64,000 nucleotides of DNA from Chrysomallon squamiferum (taxonomy: Eukaryota; Animalia; Mollusca), in the NCBI GenBank assembly GCA_012295275.1, contig CM022669.1:16430001-16494000 (forward strand), read 5' to 3'. Below the pieces are notes generated by a model. That model ran no database searches. It was not told where the DNA came from and worked only from the letters and a program-made list of their open reading frames with translations. This document shows positions 12,214 through 28,005 of the stretch, one piece after another. The position numbers and the translations under genes are program-made. Each line of letters opens with the position of its first letter. The first letter of the stretch is position 1.

Positions 12214-13020
12214 TATATTATACTAATACTATTCTATACTGTACTGTACTACACTACACTACACTAATACACTTTATTACACTACACTATAGCACACTAT
12301 ACTATTCTATACTATATTATACTATATACTAAGCTATACTTTGCTATGCTGTATTGTTCTGTGCTGTATTACACTATACTCTACTATGCTATACTATCCT
12401 ATACAATACTTTGCTGTAATGAGCTACTTTACGCTTTACCATATGATTTGCTGCATTATACTAAACAACAGAAATAGCAAACCATCTTCCAGACACATCA
12501 GACAGATTTCATGGATCATTTATCAGAAAGGAAAATCCCCCAACATTAAAATCGTCCGCTCCACAAGAATCAGACATTCTTTTTTTTCTTGTTTCTACAA
12601 ACAAACGTCAAGAGAATTTTGCGAAGTCGCATTACATTCCGGTCCATTTTTATCAGTGTTAACAGTTTCTGTCATCATCGCTTATGAACAGCCGTTCCGA
12701 GGAGACTTGATATTCTTCTTACGACAGATAACGAACTTGCATTATTTCCATTTTTGATTAGCTGATCGCGATTTGTGTATGTCAAAGAATACAGCGATGC
12801 TTTCAGGGGATTTATTATCGTCCCCGAGATGAATATTATAAGACACTGTTTACTTGCAGAGATTATAGATTCTTATCACGCTTATATATTACGTTATTAA
12901 GATCGTTTGTTAAAAGTGTTTTAAGCATACAGGCCTACATTAATAGATATCCAGTGATGTAAGGACGCTGAACACTGGCATAAAATACACAGGCTTATGT
13001 ACAGATAGATAGATAGATAT

Positions 13021-13109
<89 letters not shown>

Positions 13110-14125
13110 CATGCACGAACAAACACGTATACAAATATCGACCGTTCAGAAAAAAAAGTTGCAGCAACCATTCATTAGTACATATTGTGTAACAGTACAT
13201 TTTAATATTTCGGCTATTAGATGTCAAACAAAACATTTTATTTTTGTTTTGTTTTATGATGTTGGAGTGAGAGAGGACAGGAAAGCACATATTTTCATTA
13301 TAATAATCAAAATAATTTAATTCAGTGGCAAAAGCGGAAAGCAGCCTAACAAGAGAACCGAGAAAATTTGATCAGTCGACCTACAGATTGGCACCAAAAT
13401 GTCAATAAAGCATGCATTTTTATATATATACACACACACACACTCACACACACACATGCACACACTCAAAACACACACACACACACATTATTATATATGT
13501 ACAAATGCATGCATGCATTTTATAAACACACATCAAGTCATATTATAAATGAACAAATGCCTGTATTCATTTTAAAAACATACACACATACACACAGGCA
13601 CATTGACACAAAAAAGCACATGAACATCTTGAAAATGCATTAAGAAGATAAGCGAAATACACATCACAAAACTATTCTTACCTTCACAGAATTTTACAAC
13701 TTCGTCTACGACGCAGCACTTTTCTGTGTAATATACCGTACTCGTTTTTGTCGATTGTTCTACATTATCGCACACAACTCAACGACGAAATCGAAAAAAA
13801 AAAAAAAAAAAAAAAATTAACTGGAGTCCCGTGGAACCCAAATAAAAAAAAAAAAAAAAAAAAAAAAAAGAAAAAGAAATGTCTCAGAAATGTCTGATCC
13901 TATTAAAAACGGATAAAGCACTCACTGATGTCGTGCACGCGTCCGCTGACGTGTCAACACAAATGCTGTGCACCTCTACGACTTCTCTTTGAAGTGATCA
14001 TAGAACCGTTTTCGATGATCTGATAGACGAGTGATAAAAAGTTTTGTTCCTGAAAGCTCATCGATTGGCTGGCAGATCCACCAGTAGCTTCGTCTTCTTC
14101 TGCCGTCCGTAATTTCCCCCGTAGC

Positions 14126-14156
<31 letters not shown>

Positions 14157-14199
14157 GAGAGAGAGAAAAAAAAAAGATGTAAGATATATATTACCTTAG

Positions 14200-14650
14200 A
14201 ATATTTTTGTCATAATTGTTCAAGAACTGATGATTGTGGCAAAAAATAAAAAAATAAAAAAATATATATATGTTTGTGACAAAAATGTGGTTGTAATTGT
14301 TTCTCATCGTGGCAATAATTTATTTATGTGACAAAATATTATATATATACATGGTAAGAATTCATATAAGTATATGGTGATTTATAATTAATGTATGAAA
14401 TTGGCGAATTTTGATCTCGGCAAGAATTTTTTGGTGTGGCAAAACTTTAAATGCATGGTAAGAATTTATCAATGAGAATTTAAGAGTAATTAATCGATGA
14501 AATTAGTGAACATAGTTGTTCTTCATCATGGCAAGAAGTTATGTAGCTGGAAAATATTTATATACGTGGCTGGAATTCTTATATGTATGTGAGAATTTAT
14601 AATTAATTTATGAAGTGAGGAGAAGAATTTATATATCTATGTGCGAATTT
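14200..14650 (+). repeat. Degenerate ~20-22-bp minisatellite
   Basis: Recurrent (c)gtggcaagaattt.ata motif (gtggcaaaaa, gtgacaaaaa, gtggcaataattt, atggtaagaattc, tcggcaagaattt, atggcaagaagtt, etc.). Confidence 0.65.
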
Positions 14651-15127
14651 CAAAATATCTGATTTCCAAATCTGGCGATCATAGCTGTTTTCTGTTTTCG
14701 AGGCAACAATGTATATACTTATATGAGATTTAAGGAGATTTAGTTTATGATAATAATTCATAATATTATTTGATGATAAATATTTTGTCTTTACAATGAA
14801 ATAAAATGATGCTGGTATTATGAAATATTTAAAAATCGTGTGTGACGTCAATAAAGATTCCTTTGACAAAGGAATGCACAGTGGAATACATTGTTATGTT
14901 ATGTTTTCAATTCTTACAAATATTATTAATAAAGATTTTTATGTTAGTTTTAGGAATGCTTTAAATACATTTTGTTCGTTTATTCCTTCTTTATTAATGT
15001 ATTTGTTATTTAGCTAGTTTCACAGAAGTGAGTCATTACTTTTTTAGAGAAAGGATCACAGTTAGATAGAGATAGAGTGTGTGTGTGTGTGTGTGTGCGG
15101 GTGAGCGAGCGAGCGAGCGAGCGAGCG

Positions 15128-15220
<93 letters not shown>

Positions 15221-16339
15221 TGATATAATAGAAGAAGCCTAAACATCAAAATATCGGAAAAGTATGAATAGGACTGCAGTTCATCTTTAAGGTAAACTGA
15301 AATAACTGATATAATTTTGTAAGTGTTAACTATAACAAAATTCTTCCTCGCATTAATAGTTAACAACTTACCTCTTAATCGTTTTGAAATAATCACTAAA
15401 GTCGCTTCGGAAGAAGAAGCGAATGTATGCTCCGATTTTAATGCTGTTATGACGTCATTATATTGTTCACGTCAAAGGATTGTTAACGTCGTCTCTGCCA
15501 GAAATGAGTGTAAAACAAAAGATAAATAATCACAGATTCGATTTTCGGAAAGATTCAGATTTACGTATGTAAATAAATAAATATAGGGAATAGGATTAAA
15601 ATATAAATACAAATTCCATTTATATTTCATGTTATACAGATAGATAGTCTGCAGGATACTTTTATGTTTTTTTTTTTTTTTTTTTTTTTTTATAATCTTT
15701 TAAAATTAATTTCCTACATGAAATAAAGTTTTGTACATGCTAAACCATCCGTAAATTGTAAGATATCAACATTTCGATTACTCGAAATTAATAATTTCGA
15801 AATTTAGGATGCGGGATTTTCAACCTGTATTAATTATTTTACTCCTTAAATTTAATTAAATTACTCACGCATTTCTTTTTAACAGCCTTTTTCTTATTCG
15901 TTTTCACTTTTTGCTTACCTTCTTAATTAACTAAAAAAAAAAAAAAAAATTGAGGTTTCAGTTGTGGATACCATGTTTTTGTTTATATTAGCAATTACCC
16001 AATCTTACTCGTTCGTTTAATTTTTTTAATTTTTTTTTTTTTTTTTTTTTTTTTAGTTTTAAAATGAATTACGGCTAAAGCCGTTCATTAATGAAGACAA
16101 AATGAGTGAAAACTTTCTTTCTCATGGGACTGCGTACAACTCAATAAGAACGGAAGCCTGCCGATGATGTTGACATTGATAAATGTGAACTCAAACCTAA
16201 TACGACGCCACAAAGATTCTCTTTTCTTTTCAGGGAAACGAGGAACGAAAGTATCGATCACGCTGCCCATCGTGTTGGGTTTTATCCCGTTAAGACTGGG
16301 ACTCCGTATAATGAAGACATCAATGAATACAAATACATA

Positions 16340-17100
16340 AAGATACATACATACATACATACATTCATATACATACATTCATATACACACATACATACAT
16401 ACATACATACATACATTCATATACATACATACATTCATACATACATACATACAAACGTACAAGCATACATACATACATACATTCATACATACATACATAC
16501 ATTCATACACACATACATACATACATACATACATTCATACATTCATACATTCATACATACATACATACGTACATATATATATATATACATACATACATAC
16601 ATACATACATACATACATACGTACGTACGTACGTACGTACGTACATACATACATACATACATACACACATACATACATCTTGGTGGCCGAAAGGTAAACC
16701 TCGTCTGCCTTCGGAGTGCGGGCGAATGAGTGCCATACGTTCAAGTCTCGTCAGCGGCATCTGACGGGTTTGTGAGGTCGTGATTGGGCTTTGTCTTCCT
16801 GCGCCAGTGCGTCCCGAACATCTGTCTATGTGCAGAGTCTATTCAGACGTAAATGAGACAGAGAATATTCAAAATTCTAAACTACATACATACATACATA
16901 CATACACAGATTCATACATTCATACATACATACATACATACATACATACATACATTCATACATACATTCATACATACATACATACATACATACACACAGA
17001 TTCATACATTCATACATACATACATACATACATACATACATACGTACATACATACATACACACGTACATACATACATACATACATTCATACATACATACA
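16340..17100 (+). repeat. Compound (TACA)n microsatellite with (TACG)n and cattca variants, interrupted by a SINE
   Basis: Directly visible. It generates the YIHT/MYVC ORFs. Confidence 0.9.
16679..16882 (+). mobile_element. tRNA-derived SINE with (TACA)n tail
   Basis: Pol III A-box-like tggccgaaagg (16684-16694) and B-box-like gttcaagtc (16739-16747). GC-rich ~200-bp body runs directly into a (TACA)n tail. No intact cloverleaf. Confidence 0.7.
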
Positions 17101-17834
17101 AATATAAAGGGACATATAATGGGATACATTTACGTATTTATGGAATATAGACATGTATATATAATGATAATGGATATCAGATTCTGACATCCCATTAACT
17201 AAGTAAGTATACATAGTAAGTACACTGTTCTGCGAAAAAACCGGATAGATTTTCAAAGTTGACATGCTAATGGGCTTGTCTACCGCGAGAAGGCATTGCT
17301 TACTATTAAAATTCATTAGTGTTGAGTCGAAGAAATGAAAAAAAAGAATAAGAAAAAAAAGAGGATAATAATAATGAGAAAATGTGTAAACTTAGAGGCG
17401 TTATTTAAACATCAGGTACAAGAAATTAATACGTTTAGCTCATCACAGTATGAGCTGGTTAATCTACGTCGTGTTTGTTTATTTTCCTGTTTTCGTCGTG
17501 GTATAATTAATTTGTTTTTGCTCAGAAACAGAATTTGAAATGGGCAGTGAACCTTAGAGTTGTATATTAAATGGCAGAGTGCTTACTAGTAGATTTAAGT
17601 CTCAGACAAGACACTGATGCTATGAAGATTTTAATATATAAATATGTGTGTATGTATTTATGTGTATTTGTATGTATGTACGTACGTATGTATGCATGCC
17701 TTTGTTTATGTATGCCTTTATGTATATGTACGGATGTAAGTTTGTACTGAGAGAAACACAGAATATGAAAGAATGAGCCAGAAGATGGCTGTATACATGT
17801 TTGCGAGTGATAGTTTTATTATACGAACTGTTCG

Positions 17835-17976
<142 letters not shown>

Positions 17977-18061
17977 AAACAAATGTTCAGAAGACGAATA
18001 CGTCACTGTCATTCGTAAATGTCAGGAGAATGTAAACACTTTTGGGGAACGAATTAAATAC

Positions 18062-18098
18062 AGAAACCTGAGAAACCTGAGAAACCTGAGAAACCTGA
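18062..18098 (+). repeat. (AGAAACCTG)x4 tandem repeat
   Basis: Four perfect 9-bp units. Confidence 0.9.
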
Positions 18099-19817
18099 TA
18101 TTAAACTAGTATAACTAATTATTGCATAAACAACCTGAGATACATCGTCAGCATATATTAAAAAAAATAAAGTATTTTTATTTATTATTATTATTTTTTA
18201 AACTATTTTGTTTTATTTTAATTCTTTCTATTTTGATGGCAGTGCTATTTTAGCACCGTACTTTATTGTTAGCAAAGAATGGTCGTTTGAAATTGACTTA
18301 ACTGGACCTTAGTAATATATCATATATTTTGTCCGTTTACTGGTGTCATGAGATGTACTATTTGAACTGAATGTTGAAACTTTTGATCAACGGGTTCTTT
18401 ACTATATATTCCCAGAATAAAAAATAATAATAAAATAAAATAAATAAATAAATAAAAAAGAACAAAGAGAAGAAAAATTAAATAAAATGGTTTAGTACAT
18501 CATATACAAATATCAAATGGAGATACGTTTTCAGAATGTCAATTGATTTTTGTATCACTGAGTGACAGGCTATGTTTGAACAGCTGTTTGTTAAGGATAA
18601 ATGGACATATTTTCTTGCAATCGGTCATCAGTAAAAAGAAAAAGAAATATTTCAAATGAAATGGAGAAGCAAATACAAACAGAAAAAAGAATTTCAGGAA
18701 AAAAAATCCCCAAATCAGATATATTTGTTTTGAATATTAAGATAAATCTGGTTACACGCAAACCCAGCATTTTATCTACAAGTTTGTTATTTACGTTGGC
18801 AAGCATAATTACGGTTTGTTTTCCCTAGTGCTGATTTTGTAAAATGTTAAAAAGAGTTTACTGAGTATTACGAAGTTGACTGGTCTCTAAGAAATACATG
18901 AATAATGCACCATGTGGAGCTAAATATCTGTTATCCGAATCCTGGCACTTGTCTTTGACTAAACTTGACTTAAACTGAAGAAACGGTGCAAATAATGCCA
19001 AAGATAAACACGGAATACATATATTACAAAACGATAGATTAGAATATTTTTCTATTCTCTCTCTCTGTCCCTCCTTTTCTTTTCTGTCTCTCTGTCTGAA
19101 TCATTCGCTCATTTTCTTTTTTTCCTCTCTTTCTCTACCTATATATATCTAAGTATATAAGTGTGTATGTATGTATGTAAGTATATACGTACATATGTCC
19201 AGTTTGAACCATTCATTCTCTCGCTATGATTTTTTGCCACCATCTGTCAATGAATTAATCGTTCTGTCTTTGTATCCATTGTCTTTCTCAAACTCGCTGT
19301 TTCTATCCAAATATTTTAATAGGAATAACGATGATGGTCATGATAAACAAACAAACAAACAAACAAACAAATAAAATAAATAAATAAATAAATAAATAAA
19401 CAAATAAATAATCTAAATAATCAATATGTCTGGAATTCGGTACATTTACTAAAAGTTTTAATTGGAATCAATACAAATCTTGATTAAGGAAATCACCAAA
19501 TTAACTTATTATTTTGCCAGATAGCTGGAAATAGGTTCTCCGACCAAAGAAATTAAACATCATGCAGGCTGTCTGATGTTTGACCGGCAGGAGCATCAGG
19601 TACGAGGTCATGACTGTAACGTCAACATCGTGCTTGAACCAGACAGAACAAACAGCTACGCCGACGTATCCAAGTCACTCATTACCTTTGTACACGAAAT
19701 TTCGTTTAAATGATTTTAATATAATAATAATAAGGTACGTCAATAATAATTTTTATGGGTTTAATAATAACTCTGTGAAATAGAATTTTACTATTCTTTT
19801 TAATTTTCATACACGCG

Positions 19818-19862
<45 letters not shown>

Positions 19863-21522
19863 GTCTGTCTATATGTATGTATGTATGAGTGTGTATATAT
19901 GCATATATATATATATATATACACACACACAGACACATATGCGCGCACACACACAGACACACACATATATGTATTCATTTTATTCATTTACTTATACACA
20001 CTGCAATTAGAAAGAAACCAAAATATCTGCAGTCATAGCTAGGAAACGACATTCTTTTCCGCCCACTTCTAAATAAATAAATAGTATTAGTATAGTAGCA
20101 TTAATAGTATTAGTACTAGTATTAGTAATATTAGTATTAATAGTAGCAGTAATAGTAGTAGCAGCACCAGCGCTAGTAATAATAATAAACGTAATAAAAC
20201 ATGAGACACAATCAGACATTGTTTTAAATTACTGTTAGAAACCAAACTAAATTAATATGACAAAAAAAACTGAAATATAAATCTCACAAATCTTCGGATC
20301 AGTTCGAGAAGTAGATTGTCGATAACCGTTACGACGAAATCTGTTTACGTAGATATTTTCAGAACTTTGATGACCGACTAATAAAAAAAAGGATCATGAT
20401 CCTTATTATGACTGAGCGTCATATTTAAGTCCATAAGCCGATTCCGTTCCTGCTGTTTGTCAAATATCAAATTATCTTTTTTCTTCTCTCCATATATCTC
20501 AGTTAGTTCCAGATTTTAAATAACGGTAATAAAATCCAGATGCCACCAGAAATGAACTGCATCTTGTTATCTGAAAGAAAGTGTTACTGCGAAATCAAAT
20601 TCTGGTTACATTATTAAGAATGAATAAACAGTTTTCTAGTTTATGTGATCAATTTTTGGATCACACGTATTCGTTTTGATATGATTTAAGTGTTAAATTT
20701 AACTGAAAAAAAAGAGAGAAAAAAGGTCAAAGAGTAAAAGAACAATAACCTGTAATGTTTAGAAGGTAGTAATAAGTTATAGTTGTACCAGTTGTTGTTG
20801 CTGTTGTTGTTGTTGATGTTGGTGGTGGTGGTGGTGATGGTGGTGCTGGTACTATAGTTGCAAAAACAGAAGTGTAGAAATAATAGCAGTAGGCAGCTTG
20901 AGCTAGCAATAGTTGTGATAGAACAACAGTAATCGTAGTTATAGTAGTAGTAATAGATGGTTCAACAGCAGTAGTATAATAATGTTAGTTTCAACACAGA
21001 ACTAGCAATAATAACAGTGGTATTAAGCGAAATAACAACAGTGATCGAAATATTAGTAATAGTAGTTATAGTAGTAATAGCAACAGTAACAGTAGCAATA
21101 ACTGTTGCAGTAGCAGCAGTAGTAGTAATAATTTTAAGTTTCAACACAGAAGTAGTAGGAGTATTAATAGCAATAGCAGGTCTAGATACAGTAATAACAG
21201 AAGCAGTAGTAGTAGTGATTATTGTAATCTTAGTAGTCATCGTGACAAATTTAGTTCTACTGGCAGGAGCACAAGTAACAATAATAAGAAGGAGATGAAA
21301 AATAAAAAAAAGAACCAAAAAACGAAAGAAGGAAATAGCCTATAATTTAAAAAAAATAAAAAGGAACGTTTTATTTTCTGCTCTATACATAAATGGAAAA
21401 CTAAAATAGTACCTTTTTCTCTTGAAGATTTTATTTCGGTTTTATCGTGTTGCATTATAAAATAATTACCTAAAATTTGCGTCGCCTAGTGTCACAAAAA
21501 GAAAAGAAAAAAGACCCCCCCC

Positions 21523-21565
<43 letters not shown>

Positions 21566-23719
21566 TCGGCTGCGATGAACCGAAATTACTCTAATGAAGA
21601 CAAAACCAAAGCAGCTGTTTGCAAATATCGTCATTTTTTTAAATTTAGTAACAAGAACTAGAACTCAATTATTATTATTATTATTATTAACACTTTCTGT
21701 TAGTATATTTTGGTCAGATCCAAAAGTAGATTTGTACTTTTAATTCCAAATGCATCCGTTTGCCGAAAATAGTTATAAATTTGATGGTTAATAGTTGTAA
21801 TAGATACAAATAATCTGAATGTTCTCAAGAGAAGCTGAACTTGTTTTGTTGTGGGAGTGATAAAACGAATGAGAAAAATCACAAAAGGAAGGTAAGTCAA
21901 CTTCTTGAACTTTTTATATAATTACTTTGTGCATAAACAAAATACTTGACGAAGAAAGGGCATTCTTGCTAAAAATATTGAAAAAATCATATCAATAAAC
22001 ACATTTAGAAAAACGATATCATATTATTTACTAATTGCAAGAAATGAGAGACACGGGAAAACAAATGTTTTCATATATTTACTCTGAGGTTTTTCTGAAA
22101 GGAGTTTAACTTTGAAGTGTCGTAGGTTGCGGGATCAATTCTTTGTAAGCGCAGGTAGGTGTTTTTTTTTTTTGTTTGTTTTTTATCATAATAACTGATG
22201 ACCCTGTTTTATGTGTCATACAAATGGGTGTCCTTTTGTAATATTTAATTATGTCAAAGATCCCTACTGCTAAACACACCCACAGCTGCCTACGTACCTA
22301 CCTGCACACTTACACACATACATACAAACACACAGACAAACATACACACATACATACATACATACATATTATATACAGACATACTTTCATACAGGCAGAC
22401 AGACAGACCGGTAATATTTTCTTTTTGTTACTGAACACTACATGTAAAGCGCAACCTTCAAACAAATTATTATATAAATAAAAAAAATAACTTTAACGGG
22501 AAATTGGAGAATCGTTCATCATTTCATTACATCAGAATAAAAAAAAATAATAATAATAATTACACTAACACTGCAGTTTTGTTCTTTTTGACTTTCATTA
22601 AAGGATGAAATGTTGGAAGGAAGGTATTAAAAAGAACGATCAGTTTCGAATTCGGTTTGGTTAATTAATTAACGGTTAACATCTTGAAGTCGATGTAAGG
22701 GAGGCTTTCTTGTTTGTAATCGCGTCGCCTTGCTTCGGGCCAGGCTTGTAACACAGCGACGAGAACCGAAGAGATACTCCTTGACGTCACAATCTACGTC
22801 ACGCGAAATTATTAATACTTTGTACGTTACGTGAGCTGTCCCAGAAATCTGTCCTCGACTTGATCGAGCGCAGGTGCTGAATTTAATAAGGAACAAGCAA
22901 TAATCTACACCGTGTCGTCAGCTTTATTTGTTCTCTTTTCTTAATTACGTTTTAAAAAAAATATATATCATGCGGGAACAGTGATCTAAACTAATAATCA
23001 ATATGAGGTCATAGCTGGAGACTAAGTAAATGAACTTAAAAAAAAAAAAAAAAAAAAATTAATGATTTCACGCTAAACCCTGTTTATTATTCTAAGTATG
23101 ACCCATTTTCTCATACCTTTTTTCACTAAAGGAAAACCGGTGCAGTGTACTTTAATCTCGTACCGTTAAAAAAAAAATTCACTAATAAAACACAAACAGT
23201 AGAAAAGTAAGACGAGAACGCGAACTGATTACGGAAATTTACGATCTCACGTGCCAAAGTTTCGCTCATTACTCTCGTAATTTCGCAGCTGCGTATTTTC
23301 GATATTATATAAGAGAGAAAAAAAAAATCACTTGAAATATGATCGATCAAAAGTGACCCGGACATCTTTGGTGATGTCTCCAGAGACATCTGACCAGCAG
23401 AGATATCATTAAACAAACAGTTATTTCCTTTCACGGCATATAACCCAGTCGTACTTGGCGATTTCGCTCCAGTATCTGTTACCGGGCAGTGTTATAATGA
23501 CAAACAACACCGTTATTAAAAGCTAAAGAATTCCAAGACTTCAAGAGTGTAAACGGGGCTTTCTCTGTAATCAAAACGAAATACATTTTTTTTTTTTTTT
23601 TTTTTTTTTGAATAATAAAAAGGCAGTCGCGTGTTACGTTGTGTGGTCATTTTGCGAGTAGTTCGATAGAAATGAATACAGGGTGAACGAAATAAACGAA
23701 TAATCCGTGATTTGATGAT

Positions 23720-23803
23720 TGAACGAGTGAAGGAAATAGTGATTCAATGAACGAATGATGAATGAACGAGTGAAGGAAATAGTGATTCAATGAACGAATG
23801 ATG
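23720..23803 (+). repeat. 43-bp tandem duplication in a TGAA-rich tract
   Basis: tgaacgagtgaaggaaatagtgattcaatgaacgaatgatg at 23720 and 23763. Confidence 0.9.
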
Positions 23804-24040
23804 GTGAATGACTGAAGGAACGAAAAAAATCAGCGAATATAAAAATCGTAAAACGAATAGAAGTATTAATCAGTGAATGAAAAATAAATGAATAACAAAA
23901 TATTTTTATGACAGTGCATGAATCAAAGGAGATCTGTAGTAAATAAATGTAAACTATTTACGAAAGTTTAAAAATGATGATGTAAAAATGACTGATTCCG
24001 TGAAAACAAGCATTTACAATGTTAGTGCCAAGATTTGAAA

Positions 24041-24071
<31 letters not shown>

Positions 24072-24806
24072 ATGAAGAATGAGTGAATACATTAAAACAC
24101 ACTATTTCACTTATCTTGTTCCATCAACAAGAGGACTGCCACTCTTGCGCGATTGATTTTGTAGTCGAGAATAACGAATTTTCTGAAATACAAAATTTAA
24201 AAAAAAAATTGGCTTCTGGGTCACTGACTCATCACATTATGTACTTTATATATCGGAGCAATATTACTGATTATATGTATGTATGTATTTATATGTGTGT
24301 CTGTGTATGCGCACACAAAATTTAAGATGAAAGCAAAAAGAAGCACAAAAAAAATATCAGTTAATTCAGAAACCTGTTACAGCTTCTAAGAAGAATTCGT
24401 GTTATTAACTCACTGATCATGAACTCCAAGTAGCTTGCAGCTGACAGGAAAGACGTTATTGTTCAAATGTCAGTTGAAATTAATGTGATGTGTGTGGTTT
24501 AACGTAGTCACCACAGTGTTTGCAGTAATGTCCACACACATATATGCCATGCTTTGTAACACTTAGATGAAGAAGGTAATAGAATGAAGACGGAGAAAGA
24601 CAGAGTTTGATTTGAAACCAGAAAAGTCCTTCTATTAATTTAACGGTAATTGTAAAAGCAAACGAATCTTCTTTCATGTCACAAGATAATTTAAACAAAA
24701 TATATTAAATTAAATTAAAACAGTAATTTGTAAGTTGGAAATTTTTTAATTTAAATGTCGCAAATGTCAAGTAATAGTGCTTTCATATTCAAAAAAAAAA
24801 AAAAAA

Positions 24807-24838
<32 letters not shown>

Positions 24839-25369
24839 TAAAAATGATAGTAAATACTTGCAATTACTTCAGTTTAGTAGCGATAATAATATTGATAAAT
24901 TAATAAAAATATAAATTTAGAATTAACAATTCTGAATGAGTAACTGAAAGGAATCCTTATTTAAAAAAATTCCTTTGATATGATTTCAGAGCCGTCAAAA
25001 ACCTGATAACAGATTTGTTTCTTCTTCCAGAAACAAAATAAATCGTTAAACTACTTATCGCAGAAACAGATTAAATCAAGATCGCAGGAATGCGGTGATT
25101 AGCATCCACCATTCATTAAAGAAAAATAATGATATTATGTTCAGTATCATAAAACCAAATCGTGATACAACAGAATAACGGTTTTGAAATACAAGAACTC
25201 TGAAACGACATCTTTTAAATTACAATAATTCACTATTATTAAAAAAAAAAAAAAAAAACCCCAAAACCAACAACAATAAAATAAACAGTTTAAAAAACAA
25301 ACAAACAAGAAGATAAGGGAGAGTATTCTTGTAGCTTGAACCTGATATGTTGATGTTGTCTTTTCTGTT

Positions 25370-25405
<36 letters not shown>

Positions 25406-25871
25406 TGTGAGAGTAATAAATAATGTAGGTACATCTGACAATACACATTTAGTCTCGCGTTAATTTTGTCATACGACCATTGCTGCGGCCAGACGATATC
25501 TCGCAGATGTGCATTAACTATTTAAAACGTAAACTGATTGCGTTTGCCACGTGTTTATCAGATGTTTCACGTAATGCACGGCGAATGTAGCAAACAGTGC
25601 ATATAAAACGATATTACTATGATAACCACTGTTTCATGCTGTTTGAAATGCTTGAACATTTTTTACAATGTTTATGTGTGAACTGCTGTTTATTTATTTA
25701 TTTATTTATTTATTATCATAATATATTATTGTTTAGATGACATTATTATTACTACTACCACTACTATTACTACTAATATTATTACTACTACTGCTACTAC
25801 TACTACTACTACTGCTATTATTGCTATTCTTGTTGTAACGTCATCGACATTATTATTATTTTTTTCTTCTT

Positions 25872-25902
<31 letters not shown>

Positions 25903-27973
25903 TTATTATTATTATTATTATTGTTGTTATTTAGAATCTTTCGACTTCAATTAATCCTTAGAATGTATATTTTATTACCTCATATGCCATCATTACTTTT
26001 CTTCGTTTATTTTTCTAACAAAAGGATGACCTCATTTCACAACACCTAGTGTATCTGAGTTATTGTTATGGTCAAACCAGGAAGAACACGAAACAGCTAA
26101 TAAGACGAGACTCTGTGACTCTGTCTACTCAAGTCTGTCAGTCAGCTGTAATCGAGGGCCAACACAAAACCATTTGCGACGTCAGCAAGGGCAAAACTGT
26201 CACTTTATAGCCAAGAGTACGTCCAGAAATATGCAATGCACCCCTCTGTGTTTGTAAAAATAGAAGATTTAAACATTACACGCTGTTTGTTCTTGACTAA
26301 CCAGGAGGAGATTAAGCACGAAAATTCGATTACGCGATTACAAACAGCTTTTTTTTTTATTTATTTATTTATTTTTTTTTTTCATATCGCGGCGGTTTCA
26401 CATTGACAAATCGTCATATTATCATCTTCATGGCCAGCCTTGAACTAAAAGGCAACATGGCCAAATAAACCTTTTTTTTTTTTGTATTTAAAAATCATGT
26501 TTTATTGATTGCCTTTTGTTTCTAATTAGTTAATTATAAACGTTCTATTTATTACTAACACGCCCATATTTTATTTCGGAGTGTTTACAGCTTAAAAGTT
26601 TTTTTTATTATTTTATTATTATTATAATTATAATAATTATTATTATTCTTGATAATGTTATGGAGATACAGCTGTAAAGCTGTACTCGGGAATACGTCAG
26701 AATGTATTTTTTTTAGAAACCATTACGTACATAACTCTGACAGTGCACGCGCGCATGTCCTTCATCAACAAACCGGACAGCTAATAAGGGAGACGAGTAA
26801 ACCGATCCGGAATTGAATGTTGACAAAATATTTTCAACAGATTCGCCCGAAATCTGGTCGAGATTAAATCGAAAACAGCCAGTGACAACCTCATCTAATC
26901 ATCGGCGTTTCCAGTGAGATGTGTGCAAACTGGCCAGACAGTCGCGACATCAGGATATCCCGATAAATCTCTGCTCGTATTAATTATGTCGTGTTGCTAT
27001 TGTTGTTTTTTCTTTCACGTGAGCAGAAAATATGAGTTTTACTGTCTAACGACTTCAAATTACTTTTTTTTTTATTAGTTTATGTTATATTGTGTTGTAT
27101 TGTGTTGTGTTGTGTTGTGTTGTATTGTATTATATTGTATTGTATTGTATTGTATTGTACTGTACTGTGTTATGTTGTGTTGCAATGGGGTAAAAAAAAA
27201 ATTGTTTTGTTTACAAGTGTTTCTGACTTACAAGTTGTACTGATATTTTCATTACGTTTATTAAAAATTAAAGCTTTGCTATGCACTCATATTTTACGGT
27301 ACATCAAAAGTTCTCTACTAGAATTACTGTCTAAGGGAAGGTCGTGTAGAAGTTTCCTTTTTTGCTAACACGAAAGAGAGTAAGCCAATAGGTGCTTTCA
27401 TCTTTAAATACACCTGCATAATCTGCACAGTATAAAAATATGTTGAGTACTGCGTGAAATAATAATAATAAAACAAAGACACAAAAAAAAAAAACACCTC
27501 CATCTTCCTTTAACCCTTTGGAATCGGTCCTTCTTGTTTATCCATCTTTCCACCTTCTGCTTGAAGAGTCAGTGTCCTGATTGCACATAATGATTCCAGG
27601 TTTTTAATAACCGCTACATTTAAGGAAACATGTGGAGTTGTTTGTTTATCACTCTATCTGCGAATACACCGGCAAACTGAAATCGCTTTTAAATCCCAGG
27701 TTTATTTTACGGGGACGAGCACTTTTCTAATTCTGGCGTGATTTATCACAAGGGTAATTATTTGAAATGGGGCTGGTAAATGCACTGAGGTGGATGGTCA
27801 GTAATTATGTTAGAATTTTTCACTGAAGAAAGTGTAATTTTGATGAAATCTAATTTCCAGCAATCAAAGACGTTGTGGCCGCGGGCAGAGAGGCAGATTC
27901 AGAGCGAGAGACTTGGATCATGCGTAGACTGAACCGCACAAAACATAGGAAAACAAGTGTGTGTGTGTGTGAG

Positions 27974-28005
<32 letters not shown>

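Larger units (their letters stand above)
11405..12410 (+). repeat. (ACTAT)n-type pentanucleotide microsatellite interrupted by the Tigger element
   Basis: tacta/tacac units on both sides of 11535-12213. Confidence 0.8.

Noticed and set aside
16679-16760. Functional tRNA gene
   Set aside because: A/B boxes are present, but acceptor, anticodon and T stems do not pair properly and there is no oligo-T terminator. Better explained as a SINE head.
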